A DNA stretch of 64,000 nt, taken from the NCBI GenBank assembly GCA_051294905.1, contig CM119372.1, forward strand, positions 310,001 through 374,000, in the 5' to 3' direction. This document shows positions 40,951 through 52,309 of this stretch, in pieces. The translations under genes were made by a program, and so were the position numbers. The notes under the pieces were generated by a model. That model saw only the letters and a list, made by a program, of their open reading frames with translations. It made no database searches and was not told where the DNA came from. This stretch comes from Botryllus schlosseri (Eukaryota). Within the stretch, counting starts at the first letter, position 1. Every line of letters begins with the position of its first letter.

Positions 40951-43900
40951 ATGTCGGCGATTGGAATTGATCTTGGAACGACGTACTCCTGCGTTGGAGT
41001 CTTCCAGCATGGAAAAGTGAGTCTCTCTAATATATGGGTCGTTTATTACAAATGTATGCGTCCGATTACTGTGGGTTAGGCGTTCGTGCAATAAGTGACC
41101 GTATTGACGCGCTCCTCTGTGTTTTCAAAAGTATGAGCATCCTATGAACTGTGTGGTACAAGTTTGCAACGTGCTTGATAACCCGCTGTGACTCAGAATG
41201 CTGAAAAGTGTAGCAGTGCTAAAAATGACTTGAAATCACAGCCTCCGAATTCTTGAAAATGTATATACCCGACAAATAACCAACTACTTGACTCGCTGCT
41301 TTCGAGCAGCCGTACATGGACTTTGCATGAACCGAATTTGTCAAAAAACGCTAATTACGTATTGTGCTCCTGGCTCATGCCAATTACCTGTTCTGATTTA
41401 TAAGACCACGGACCATGATGTTTCTTCATAAGAACATCCGTCCTATAAATAGAAACAAAAACTGATGCGTCAAAAACTGTACCAATAAGTGCAATATGTC
41501 TTTAGAGAAGTGTTCATTTAGTCTCAGTTTCAAGGCCAAATAATCTTGACAATTCAGTATGGTCTTGTCAAGCTGCATCAGTCTCAATTTTAAGACTGAA
41601 TATTCTTGACAATTCAATATGGTCTTTAAAAGTTTTGATCAGTCTAAATTTTTAGATAGTAATTTTGGCAAAGACCTCATTTCATCAGTGAGACGTAATT
41701 TACTGACAATGAGACCAAATCTTCTTTGTCTTGAACTTGAAACAAAATGGCAAATTTTTTTTGTAGTGTAATCGTCTTATAGATTGTTCAAGAATGTCAA
41801 TCTACAGTGTCATAAATTATTGTGACTCAGAATGAGGTATAGACATCCTAGCACTTTATTGCAGTGTAGGTCACATGCGCAAAGAGCACCATATTGCTAT
41901 ATGATTCGTGTAACTCGTGGCCACGTCATTTCTATCTCATAAAATGTAGGGAGCTTGTATAAGTTTCATTGCATGTATTGCAGGATTCCGCGCATATGTT
42001 CAATGTGATATGAGCGGCCAGACAGCATGCTAGAATGAAGTTACCCCAAAACCAATGTCCCAGGGTTGACTTTGTGTCTGTGGCACTGATTGGGTTGCAA
42101 CATGCGAGTTGCACGAACTGCTGGATTTTTTTACCTGTAAATTAGTGCTTAAGAGACTTCTCTTTGAAAACTCGAGCGAGAAAACCTTACAAAATACGGA
42201 AAAAAATAAGACAACACTGAACTTACTCCCTATCAGCATTTTCAAAGACTCATTCCTTGGAAGAAATTTTGAGTTGGTTTTGCGGGTAATTAAAGCTGTG
42301 GGTGCTGAACATTGGGCTGGAAGTGGGTTTTGATTATTTTATCCCAATATTAGGGTTCGCACCGCACCAAGATCTATGTGGTTGACCATCAACTAACTAT
42401 AGATTTTGTACTGTTCAAGAGTAGGGGCATGTTGACTGAACTGCGTCAATGCGTTGACAGTTATGATATGGATCTTGTTTGTAGGTTGAAATCATTGCCA
42501 ACGACCAGGGCAACCGAACCACTCCATCCTACGTTGCTTTCACCGACACGGAACGGCTGATCGGTGACGCTGCCAAGAACCAGGTCGCCATGAATCCCAG
42601 CAACACGGTATTTGGTGGGTATCTCATTTGTGGCTAATTCCATTGTTCCTCATAATTGTCTACAAGCTACACAAGTTCTTCAAATTTTCAGTAGATGTAG
42701 AATTTTGTCTAAGTACCAGTGATGAAAAAATACTGCATTTTTAAATATGTCGTCACTACATGCCGTAGCCTGAGAAAAAACCTGAAAAATCAATCTGTGC
42801 TGCGGTGATGGTAGAGAACCGGTTGAAATTTTGGTTTGAAAGATCTTTGTTCTTATTTTGGATTTGTAATGAACTGATAACTAGGACAAGATTTTCTTGC
42901 AGTCGTCTAATCTGTGGAAAGTTGAATCAATTTTTCACAAAAGTTACATTCATTTTTCACAAAAAAAATTTCACAAAAAAAATAGCATTTATATACAAGT
43001 TCCCTACAAGTTGCCCTACTAATAACAGTGTATGTAATAAATGATCAGGATTGACGTTGCATTGTTTATAAAGTTAAGGCAACATGAAATTTCACATCTG
43101 CGAAATGTCGAGGAAAAAATTATTTTTGCAAATCGTATATTCTACATACGACATTTACAAAACAGACATACGCTCATTCTGGTGCGCTAAAGCTGTTGTA
43201 CTCCTTCCCATCTTCATGACTATTACGTGTCGGTGGATTAAACGCAGCTGATATCAAAGTCCTGTCGGCACGCGGGTGGTTTTTCTAGCCACTAACGCTA
43301 CTTGTATAGGACACATCCTGTTTCGATAACTCGTTTTCTGTTGGATGAGGTAAGGACATACGTGAAAATGGAATGTGGTTCCGTTCAGATGCGAAACGAC
43401 TGATTGGCCGCAAATTTGACGACGCCACTGTGAAAAGTGACATGAAGCATTGGCCGTTCGATGTTGTCAGCGACGGTGGAAAGCCAAAAGTATCGGTGAG
43501 CTGTTAAAAACGTTCACAATAGTCACTGTTTGTATTTTAGTACAAGTAGTTATGTTAGAAATATTAATCAAGTAGAAGCACTTACTTGAGAGTTGAGGTG
43601 GTCGGAAGTAGTTGTTGGTATACTTCACCTGAACAAATTTGCTCTCGATTGCAGTCTTGCTGGTAAAGCGTGGTCTTACAATTAAGGGGACTAGCAACCC
43701 AAAAACCTAAATTTCGGATGGTTACCCCCATCAGCAGTTGCTAGATGTCGCTATGCTATAAACGACAAACAAAAAATTTTTGTTCTACCCTGGAGATTGT
43801 GAATTTTTTTGTATTTCCCGGACAGAAAATGAACCGAGACGGGGAATGCAAAATCTCGGATATTGTGAAGCCCTTTTTCAGATCTAACGCCTTCTTTAGG

Positions 43901-46900
43901 AAGTACTAGGACAGTGCTGTGCTATGCTAAAATTTGAAGGATTACATGCAACCCACCTAGGACAAATTCCATTTCGAAATTCAAAAAAATCCCAATTTTT
44001 GTTACAAATTTGCAGAAAGTTTACTGCGACGTTCTGTACCTCTTGACATTGTAGACCTATGACTGAAAACTTTTAGCATAGCACACGTCTGAATCTCAGC
44101 TTTTCAAAAAACCTTGAGTGACGCATCTACGACAAATATTTCAAACCAATTTTTGGTTTGCCGTGATGCAGCTGAACAAAATTTTACAATTGAGAAAACG
44201 ACGATCAAACACGTGAAACGTAAAAAGTTGAACAAGTGTTAACGATGTAATGATAAGAATGAGTGTCAGAATGCTAGAATGCCAACTGACAACAATCTAA
44301 CAAATTTATACCCGGAGATAATATAGGTAGATATATTTTACAACTGTCAAACCATATATTTTATAGAGTCATCGGACGAAACATGCGATCTTTTGGTTGG
44401 AACTAGAAAAAAAAAATTATTGAAGGAAAATAAAATCAAAATTTTTGAAGTTTTTAGTTGTTGTTTGGGTGAAAAATGTTCATAAGGTGACAGCAGAGAT
44501 ACAATGTTAATATTTCCTACCAGGAAAAAAAAAATCAAAAATTTTGATTTCTTGGGTTGCTAGTCCCCTTAAGACTGAATTAGCTTTTCAAGACCATATC
44601 GAATTGTCACGGTCATTCGGTCTTGAAAATCAGACCAATAAAATGCATTTTTATAGGACAATATTGTGCTTATTAGGACAGTTTCGGATTCCTTTTTTTG
44701 CGAATTTTGCAGTTTTATGAGCTGCATGCACCTTGATAGCGTAATCTAGTGAATGTCTTGTAAACTCCTTAGCAAAGTAATATCACAGCACTGCGCATTC
44801 AGGACTCTCTCTCTCATGCTTCCCCTTCGCTCAGAACCTCCCAAAGCACTGCTACTATTTTCGTTTTATTTAGGTCTTGCTTTCGAGACGGGAAGTACTT
44901 AGTAGACTGATTGGTCTTGAGACTTTTTTGCTGAGACATGAACACCAAATTTGATTGGTTTTTTTTGGTGGTGTACATAGTTGTCGAGTCAAGAATAATC
45001 AACTTGGGTTTGTGTGATGATTCTTGCCGCCCCAGTCTGATGCTTTGTGACTGATCCGGTTTTGCTGATGAACCCACATCAAATTCAAGCTTGGCTTGCA
45101 TGTCGACATTCTGATGTGGCATGAAGTAGAGAAAGCAGAAGTGATTTCTCTTAGTTGTTTATTCGAAAGTCGTGATTTCCTAGTTAGAAGTAGTAGTTTG
45201 CAATTTAGGTAATCTTCAATTACCAATTACTGGGTGATGTAGAAGTCAGAAAGTATATGATGAAAAAAACCGAGGAATTCTTCAAGTAAAGTATTTACAG
45301 CCGAGCTTACTTCCAAAAGGAGTTAAAACACAACTCTGCATAGGGTGGTCAGGAACAAGTACTTATACTTTCCAAAGAACTTGATAAAATCTTCTATTTG
45401 CATGGTAATTTTCAGTTCAAAGTTATTTAGAACATTGATATTTTTACTTGTAAATTGCTGCCTCATACTTCAGTATTCACTGACGGTGTTATTTTGCTTG
45501 AGTGATGAAAGACTATTTTACTGACTGCCCCTGGTCACTGCGACGTACGATTTTGATCTTTTCTCATTTGTTGCGCTCGCCTCTGCAGGTCGAGTACAAA
45601 GGAGACAAGAAGACCTTCTTCCCGGAGGAAATCAGCTCCATGGTGCTCACCAAGATGAAGGAAACCGCCGAGTCTTATCTCGGAAAAAAAATCGACAACG
45701 CGGTCATCACGGTACCGGCTTACTTCAACGATTCCCAACGTCAGGCCACCAAAGACGCGGGAACCATCGCAGGATTGAACGTGCTGCGTATCATCAACGA
45801 ACCGACGGCCGCGGCTATCGCTTATGGTCTTGACAAAAAGGTAGTAGAATATAGTCGTGCTAGTGGAAAATATGCACGAGTTAAGATGGCAGGCAGACAT
45901 GTTTGTGTAATAGTGGGCTTTCAAAGCACAACTAGAACTAGTAACTCCTTCAGACTGCAGGACCGAAGCCAAAATGAAAGTCCTGACTTGAAAATTTTGA
46001 AACTAGAAACTAGAACCCCTCCCTACAAAACTGGAAACCAGAACCACTTGTTTCTAGTATGCTTATAGTTTCGAAACTAAAAGTTCTAACTAACTGAAAG
46101 TTCTTGAAAACCAGAATTTAAACTCAGACTAAAACTATGCTTTGATAAGAACTTAGTCGAGTAGCACTCACGGCGGAGCAATCTTGACTTCATTAGATAA
46201 TGATTTAGTTGGTTTGTGTGATGATTCTTGCCGCCACAGTCTGATGCTTTATGACTGATTCGGTTTTGCTGATAAACCCAGATCAAATTCAAGGTTTCCG
46301 TGAGGCATAGCTTGCAAACTATCATATAGAGCTTTTTCTTCTAGGTTGGTGCAGAAAGAAATGTTCTGATCTTTGATCTGGGCGGCGGTACTTTTGATGT
46401 CAGCGTCCTCGTCATCGAGGACGGAATCTTTGAAGTCAAGTCTACCGCTGGAGACACGCATTTGGGAGGTAATACATGGCTTGATTCGCTGCTCATGTCC
46501 TAAGGAAAATCGCGATTTCAAATCTGAATCTGTATTTTTTTGTATCGCGTTCATGTTGAATTTGGTTTACGTCGCATATTCAGTTGTATATTGTGTATTG
46601 CATATTCAGTTGTTCGACGCAGGGTTATCTGGGGGGTTGAACTCCCTCGGCTCTTGCCCGTGTGGTGCTGGAGCGTCCTCTTGTGGCGTATATTCTGAGC
46701 CTCGGCGTCTGACATTGATCCGGAACCCCGAATTTTCGGTGCGGTTTTGGATTTTCGCATATTCCTTCAACTTCCTGTAGTCACTAGCGGGCCATAACCA
46801 GGGAGAAAAGCCATGTGACAAACATCAAAATTCCACATGATATTGACTGACAATTGTAAATCAGAAAATTTCTAATCGTGAATAAAATCTCTAATGCGAT

Positions 46901-49900
46901 GTCGTTTGTGGCTCGTAGGTGAGGACTTTGACAATCGTCTGGTGAATCACTTCTCCAAAGAGTTCCAGAGAAAACACAAGAAGAGCCTAGAATCGAACAA
47001 GAGGGCTCTGCGTCGTCTGCGAACCGCTTGCGAACGCGCAAAGAGAACTCTATCGTCTTCCTCGCAAGCCAGGTTAGCTCGTCTTTTGATATGTTGAGTT
47101 GCCGCGTGTGATATTACATGGGTTCATACAAGATTGAATCTTAAAATTACGACTATTCTGTTGACAACAAATGATATGGAAAGTACCTAGTTGCTGAGAA
47201 CGTGGATATAATATTTCTACTGTAATATAATGTGTAATAATTTAGTTTATGATTGATATATTTGAGTTGCAATTGCGCACTCCTTAGATCCACTTCTTGC
47301 GAGCTAACCCATGAAACCTCAGTTTCGTCGAAGGAGGCTGGGCTTCGAGCTTGTTGCTGAGGTTTCGACGTTCTGTCGTCATCTCCTTAACACCCATGCT
47401 GCCCGGTCCCCTTGAATCTGGGGGGGTGGGGGCGGTTCGCACCAACGCTTTGTTGCATCGTAAGAAGTGCATGAGTCAAATGTGCGCCAGATAGATTTTC
47501 TGCGATATAGTCCTCAACTTACTGATCGCTGGGTTTGAGGCGGGTCGGAGAAAGACATTGAATTCTATGAGAATTACCGTATGCATTCAAAAAAGGATAT
47601 ATTCACGATCGTGTTTGAAAGTATGTGATGAAGATTTAAAAAGGGTTTTGTATATTAACAATATTATCACCAAATATGGTAGTTCACCGATTCCTGTTTC
47701 TTTCTGGCTACGTGATTAAATCGTTGGGTTATCCACCGATCAAGGATAATCCCAGAATTATCAAAGAAACTGAAATAACTCCGCTTCCACTGCTTGGAAT
47801 TGAGTCAAATTTGTTTTGCATAGTTTTTGAACACAGCGCAACAATTTCATAGGGTAAGCAGAAAAATTTGAATATTCTTTTTTGAATTCTTATGCAAAAT
47901 CTGTACGAAACTGTACATTTTCCAGGCAATCTAACGTTATAATGACGTAGCCAGTAAGATAACGGAAAAACGGGTTATTTTTGAACAGCCCTAATATACA
48001 TTATTCGATCATATATCGAGGTCTTTTTGCCTCGCGCAGTCCTCATTCAAAATTTTAACAGGTGGTTTTCTGTTACAGCATCGAGATCGATTCCCTGTAT
48101 GAAGGCATCGACTTTTACACCTCGATCACTCGGGCGCGTTTCGAGGAAATGTGTTCCGACCTGTTCCGTGGCACGTTGGACCCCGTCGAGAAATCTCTCC
48201 GGGACGCCAAGATGGACAAGGGGAAGGTGAGGTCGCCAGGACTTCGATGAAAAACTTAATTTTAATATATGGATTATGATACAGAACATAGTTTACTTTG
48301 AACAGAGCGTTCATTGTGACTATCGTGAAGGTCATAATGTTCAAAAGCCGTAGGCTACGCTTCAACAAGAACTTGAACTACTCAGTAATTATTCTACTAA
48401 AGTAGCATTCATATGACGGTGCAATTTGACTCCACTTGAAAATAATTTATGGGTTCGTGTAATGATTTTTCCGCCCCAGTCTGATGCTTGCGACTGAATT
48501 CGGTTTTACTGATGAACCCAGATTAAATCCAAGGTTTCTGTTTGGCATTGCCCACGTCTGCAATGTAGCATGAAGTGAAGAAACCGAATAGTATTTTATA
48601 TGGGTCGAAATGGTGAACTACATTGCACTACTGGAGTGGAGTGATATAGTCGAGATCACTTGTGCAAACATAGTACGGTCATCCGTTAGAATATGACAGA
48701 ATAGTCGAAATAAGCGATTGCAAATCATCCCATTGTAACAATGGCAACTATAATCTAGTGAAGTCTACACGCATGTAAAATGGAAGCATGGCGGGTGCCA
48801 CTTTTTTTACAGACTCTTTGAAGACTTGATGGCCCGTTACTGTTGTTTACCTTATAAAAGTTAAGAAAGTTATTTCATTTCGAAGATTGATTTATACAGC
48901 AGTATTCAGTTTTCGATCTTGCATTATCGATTGATATTTCTTGCAGATCCACGACATTGTCCTGGTTGGCGGCTCCACCCGTATCCCAAAAATTCAGAAG
49001 CTCCTGAAAGATTTCTTCAACAGTAAAGAGCTCAACAAATCCATCAACCCAGACGAGGCCGTGGCCTACGGTGCTGCGGTCCAGGCTGCCATTCTCTCTG
49101 GAGACAAATCTGAAGAGGTATGAATTCGGTGTTTCGGATAATCTTGTCTGGGGGAAATGAAATATGACTACACCTGCTGCTAGTATTGCACGATTGCCCG
49201 TGTCAGGGTCAGACAAAATTATTTATTTCATTTCGCATATTCAGTTGTGTACCTCGTTATTTTTCGACGCAGGGTTATCTGGGGGGTTGAACTCCCTCAG
49301 CTCTTGCCCGTGTGGTGCTGGAGCGTCCTCTTGTGGCGTATATTCTGAGCCGCGGCGTCTGACATCGATCTGAAACCCCGAATTTTTCGGTGCGGTTTTT
49401 GATTTTCGCATATTCCTTCAACTTCCTGTAGTCACTAGCGGACCATTACCAGGGAGAAAAGCCATGCGACAAACATGAGAACGGAGTGTCGTTATATCTT
49501 ATTTGTGGAATGATTCTATACGTATCTAATTCTACATGTGAACTGTACAGTGCAGAATCTTGAAGCGAGATTTTGAAAACAACTTATCCGTCTGTAATCC
49601 TGTTTCAGGTTCAAGATCTTCTTCTGTTGGACGTGGCCCCCCTGTCTCTTGGTATCGAGACTGCGGGTGGGGTGATGACGGCGCTCATCAAGAGGAACAC
49701 GACCATCCCTACCAAGCAACAGCAGGTCTTCACCACCTATTCGGACAACCAACCCGGCGTACTCATTCAGGTACTGTCAAAAGACCATTTCGCTCGTCCT
49801 GGTATGTCTTGCAAACTATGAGACTGAAAATGCACTTCTGATACTCCCATTTTGCTCTTGCACTCGAGTAGTTGTGTTATCGATGGACATGACAGTGCCA

Positions 49901-52309
49901 TTTTTGACTACTCGAGTAGGTATTGCGTACTTGACAAAATTGCACAGATGCATCCAGCAGGTACTACTTGCTTTTCAAAACTCGGAACGATAACTACGAA
50001 AATTGAAAATAACTTGACAAGTTTCCTGAACTGGATTGTTGCTTAGTGCCCCTCAGGTGCAACTATCATGGCAACTAGCAATTATTTCTTGTCAGGTGTA
50101 CGAAGGCGAGCGTGCCATGACCAAGGACAACAACATCCTGGGAAAATTTGAGCTGTCTGGCATCCCGCCCGCTCCCCGCGGCGTCCCACAGATCGAGGTC
50201 TGCTTCGACATTGACGCCAACGGCATCCTGAACGTGTCTGCCCAGGACAAGAGCACGGGACGCGAGAACAAGATTACAATCACAAACGACAAGGGACGCT
50301 TGTCCAAGGAGGAGATTGAGAAGATGGTGGGTGGACTATCTTGTTCAAGTGGTAATCTGGGCTGGGCAAAATGATTCGAGCACTCTCGATCTGAATAGTC
50401 TTTATTCCAATTTAGAATGTGCTATCAAATTGATTTATCAGGTTAATTCTCAAACTTCTCTCCCACAACTGAAATCATTGAAACCTAGATTGTATCGAAG
50501 CATCCAAAACAACATAACTCTAAAAGCTATGCTTGTTAAGTGAATGTGACTTGTGCCGTAAAACGGGTACATTTTGTCGAAAATATGTTCTAATTCTGAT
50601 AATCCTATACTCGTTCAGACACAGGTTCGCAATCTCGATTGTCAAGTAATGCTGACAATTTCCACTATGGTTAAAGCATTGATTTATCGAGGCTCTGTTT
50701 GTGCCTGGAAAACTCGAGCAGAGTTGTAAAATCACATCTCTAGAAAGTAATGCAGGTAGATGAATTCTACATAAGTCCCACATAAAGTAATCTTACCGAT
50801 AACATTGGTTATGACAAAGTGCATTCGCAACTACCTCATTAGGGGGTGTTCTGAAATGGAAGTTTTTTCTCGAGTTGTACTGGCAACTTGATAGAATTGT
50901 TAGGGTACCTAATTTGAGCCTACATACCAAATTTTGTTCCAAACAGTAGCCGCATTGCCACAGAAGAAAGTTACATTTAAAAAATGATAAAAAAAAATTT
51001 GCAACCTGTTCTGTTCTTGTATTTTGCCCAGCCCTCATGAAAATCTGTGTTGATGAAAATTTCTAATCTCCGAATCACTCATGTTGACAGACTAGAGTCC
51101 CTGAACAGAGGATGTGCACACGATGTTAGTTTTGTTTAGTGTCGAAAAACTTGAATTTGTGTGGTTGGCAGGTTAACGATGCCGAGAAATACAAGGAGGA
51201 CGACGAGAAGCAAAAAGAGAGAATCGGGGCCAAGAACGCGCTCGAGTCTTACTCGTACAACGTGAAACAGTCCGTGGAAGACGAGAAGTTGAAGGACAAG
51301 ATCTCCGATGAAGACAAGAAGGTCATTCTCGACAAGTGCAACGAGACCATCACCTGGCTCGACAACAACCAGGTTTGTTTGTTTGTTTTTTGTTTGCTTG
51401 CTTAACCACAACGCGTTGATGATCAAAACAATCCAACTCTGAACAAGATGTCGACATATCTGCAATTCTGAGCGTACATGATAGAGCCTGACCGATTTTC
51501 TGTTGGCCATTTGAGGGAAAAAAAGTGCGTCTTGATCTAAACTCTTTCCCGTGATAAATGGCTCACACCTTATTGGCCGGGCTCTATTGGTAGATATGTA
51601 TTGAGTCTGTTCCTCAGAGTTGTAATCCGGATTCCTGGCAGTTTGAATTTGTTTTCAGACTGCAGAGAAAGACGAATTCGAACACCAACAAAAGGAGCTG
51701 GAAAGCGTCTGCAACCCAATCATGACGAAACTGTATCAGGCTGCTGGAGGTGCGGGTGGCATGCCAGGCGGTATGCCTGGTGGAATGCCAGGTAAATGAA
51801 CCCAGGACAATTTTCTGCTCGTTTGAACTAAATTAGAACGACCGAATCTAGGTAGACAGATTCCAGGTATCGAATCCTGATATCATCCAGAATCAGGTTA
51901 AAAGAATAAGAGCTAGTTGTTCGAAATCCTTGAAAGACATTCAATGTCTGTGGCACACTTGACTGGAGTAATTCTTAACTCAATTGATTGACAGTTATCA
52001 AAAGAACAATTCTATCATCTGCGGATTTGACATGAAGTGCGCTTTTAATTTTCCTGTATTTGTTTTGAATGCTGTTGAAAAAGGTTTTTCTATCTAATTG
52101 ATTGAGTTTGTAAACACTGGAAACTTGTGTAAAGCTTGTTACTTTTCCACTCATCTTCTATTATGATTCAGCCAATTTATCTGCTTTAAAATTACATTTC
52201 CTTTTTCTTCATTTTAGGGGGTATGCCTGGTGGATTCCCCGGGGCCGGTCAACAGCCCCAACAAGACAACAGCTCCGCTGGTGGCCCCACGATTGAAGAA
52301 GTTGACTAA
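40951..52309 (+). CDS. HSP70: Cytosolic heat shock 70 kDa (cognate-like) protein; 13 coding exons, 656 aa
   Basis: Exons 40951-41016, 42485-42614, 43389-43495, 45589-45840, 46345-46468, 46919-47072, 48079-48226, 48947-49117, 49609-49770, 50096-50326, 51172-51372, 51659-51791 and 52218-52309 total 1971 nt, all GT-AG. Signatures [20 protein letters not shown] and [16 protein letters not shown] repeats and [14 protein letters not shown] at 52421. Confidence 0.97.
41971..42105 (+). ncRNA. H/ACA snoRNA candidate in HSP70 intron 1 (18S guides)
   Basis: Two hairpins, hinge AGAATGA, terminal ACA+3 nt. The 5' pocket GGATT/CCAGACA fits 18S UGUCUGG[U]UAAUUC. The 3' pocket AAACCAA/CTGATT fits 18S AAUCAG[U]NNUGGUU. 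Confidence 0.7.
43191..43318 (+). ncRNA. H/ACA snoRNA candidate in HSP70 intron 2 (18S guides)
   Basis: AGCTG/CAGCT stem, H box ATATCA at 43251, GTCCT/AGGAC stem and ACA at 43313-43315. Both pockets lie 14 nt from their boxes and fit 18S UAAU[U]GGAAUGAGUAC and GCAAGUC[U]GGUGCC with one mismatch each. Confidence 0.75.
43686..44568. mobile_element. Non-autonomous Kolobok-type element in HSP70 intron 3
   Basis: TTAA|GGGGACTAGCAACCCAA ... TTGGGTTGCTAGTCCCC|TTAA. Confidence 0.85.
45006..45075 (+). ncRNA. SNORD31: C/D snoRNA U31/SNORD31-like, copy 1 (intron 3)
   Basis: GGGTT/AACCC stem, box C GTGATGA, guide CCGCCCCAGT before D' CTGA (antisense to 28S ACUGGGGCGG, P-loop), box D at 45065-45068. Confidence 0.88.
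46211..46278 (+). ncRNA. SNORD31: C/D snoRNA U31-like, copy 2 (intron 4; variant guide)
   Basis: Paralogous to copy 1 with boxes intact; the guide reads CCGCCACAGT. Confidence 0.75.
46613..46827 (+). ncRNA. SNORA73: U17/SNORA73/snR30 H/ACA snoRNA, copy 1 (intron 5)
   Basis: About 215 nt. m1-like ATATTCCTT (46759-46767) and m2-like AAGCCAT (46808-46814) sit on the TCGCAT/ATGTGA stem, with terminal ACA. The 5' hairpin resembles vertebrate U17. Confidence 0.85.
47275..47560 (+). ncRNA. SNORA53: SNORA53-like long H/ACA RNA (intron 6)
   Basis: TCCTTAGATCCAC...GTGCATGAGTCA pocket, as I recall for SNORA53, complementary to 28S UGACUC/UUAAGG. GCGCAC/GTGCGC basal stem, hinge AGATAGA, a second hairpin and ACA at 47555-47557. 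Confidence 0.8.
48451..48519 (+). ncRNA. SNORD31: C/D snoRNA U31-like, copy 3 (intron 7; variant box C)
   Basis: GGGTTC/GAACCC stem, intact guide CCGCCCCAGT-CTGA; box C reads GTAATGA. Confidence 0.78.
49263..49478 (+). ncRNA. SNORA73: U17/SNORA73/snR30 H/ACA snoRNA, copy 2 (intron 8)
   Basis: Near-identical to copy 1 while most flanking intron sequence differs. Perfect TCGCAT/ATGCGA stem and ACA at 49473-49475. Confidence 0.85.
50618..50739 (+). ncRNA. Weak H/ACA snoRNA candidate (intron 10)
   Basis: Hairpin, AAAGCA (H box), hairpin (GATTT/AAATC), then ACA+3. No convincing target was identified. Confidence 0.35.
51045..51108 (+). ncRNA. C/D snoRNA with a SNORD52/snR78-type guide (intron 10)
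   Basis: CTGT/ACAG stem, TGATGA at 51051, D' CCGA, and guide CAGACTAGAGTC before box D CTGA (51101), antisense to 28S GACUCUAGUCUG. Confidence 0.82.
51411..51475 (+). ncRNA. Dual-guide C/D snoRNA (28S and 5.8S) in intron 11
   Basis: ACGC/GCGT stem and TGATGA. D' guide AACAATCCAAC is antisense to 28S GUUGGAUUGUU; D guide TCTGCAATT is antisense to 5.8S AAUUGCAG. Confidence 0.82.

Noticed and set aside
41135..41280. Additional H/ACA RNA in HSP70 intron 1 (TGTGACTCAGAATG, also at 41821)
   Set aside because: One plausible hairpin, but no convincing second hairpin, boxes or target.
42717..42790. C/D snoRNA with 18S-antisense TCGTCACTAC
   Set aside because: The antisense element is not adjacent to a D/D' box and there is no terminal stem; at most a decayed copy.
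50800..50840. U14 snoRNA (CATTCGCA)
   Set aside because: Only a short partial domain-A-like match, with no domain B (TTCCTTGGATGTCTGA) or proper C/D boxes.
45535..51510. Long minus-strand ORFs over HSP70 exons
   Set aside because: Well-known antisense open frames caused by HSP70 codon usage.
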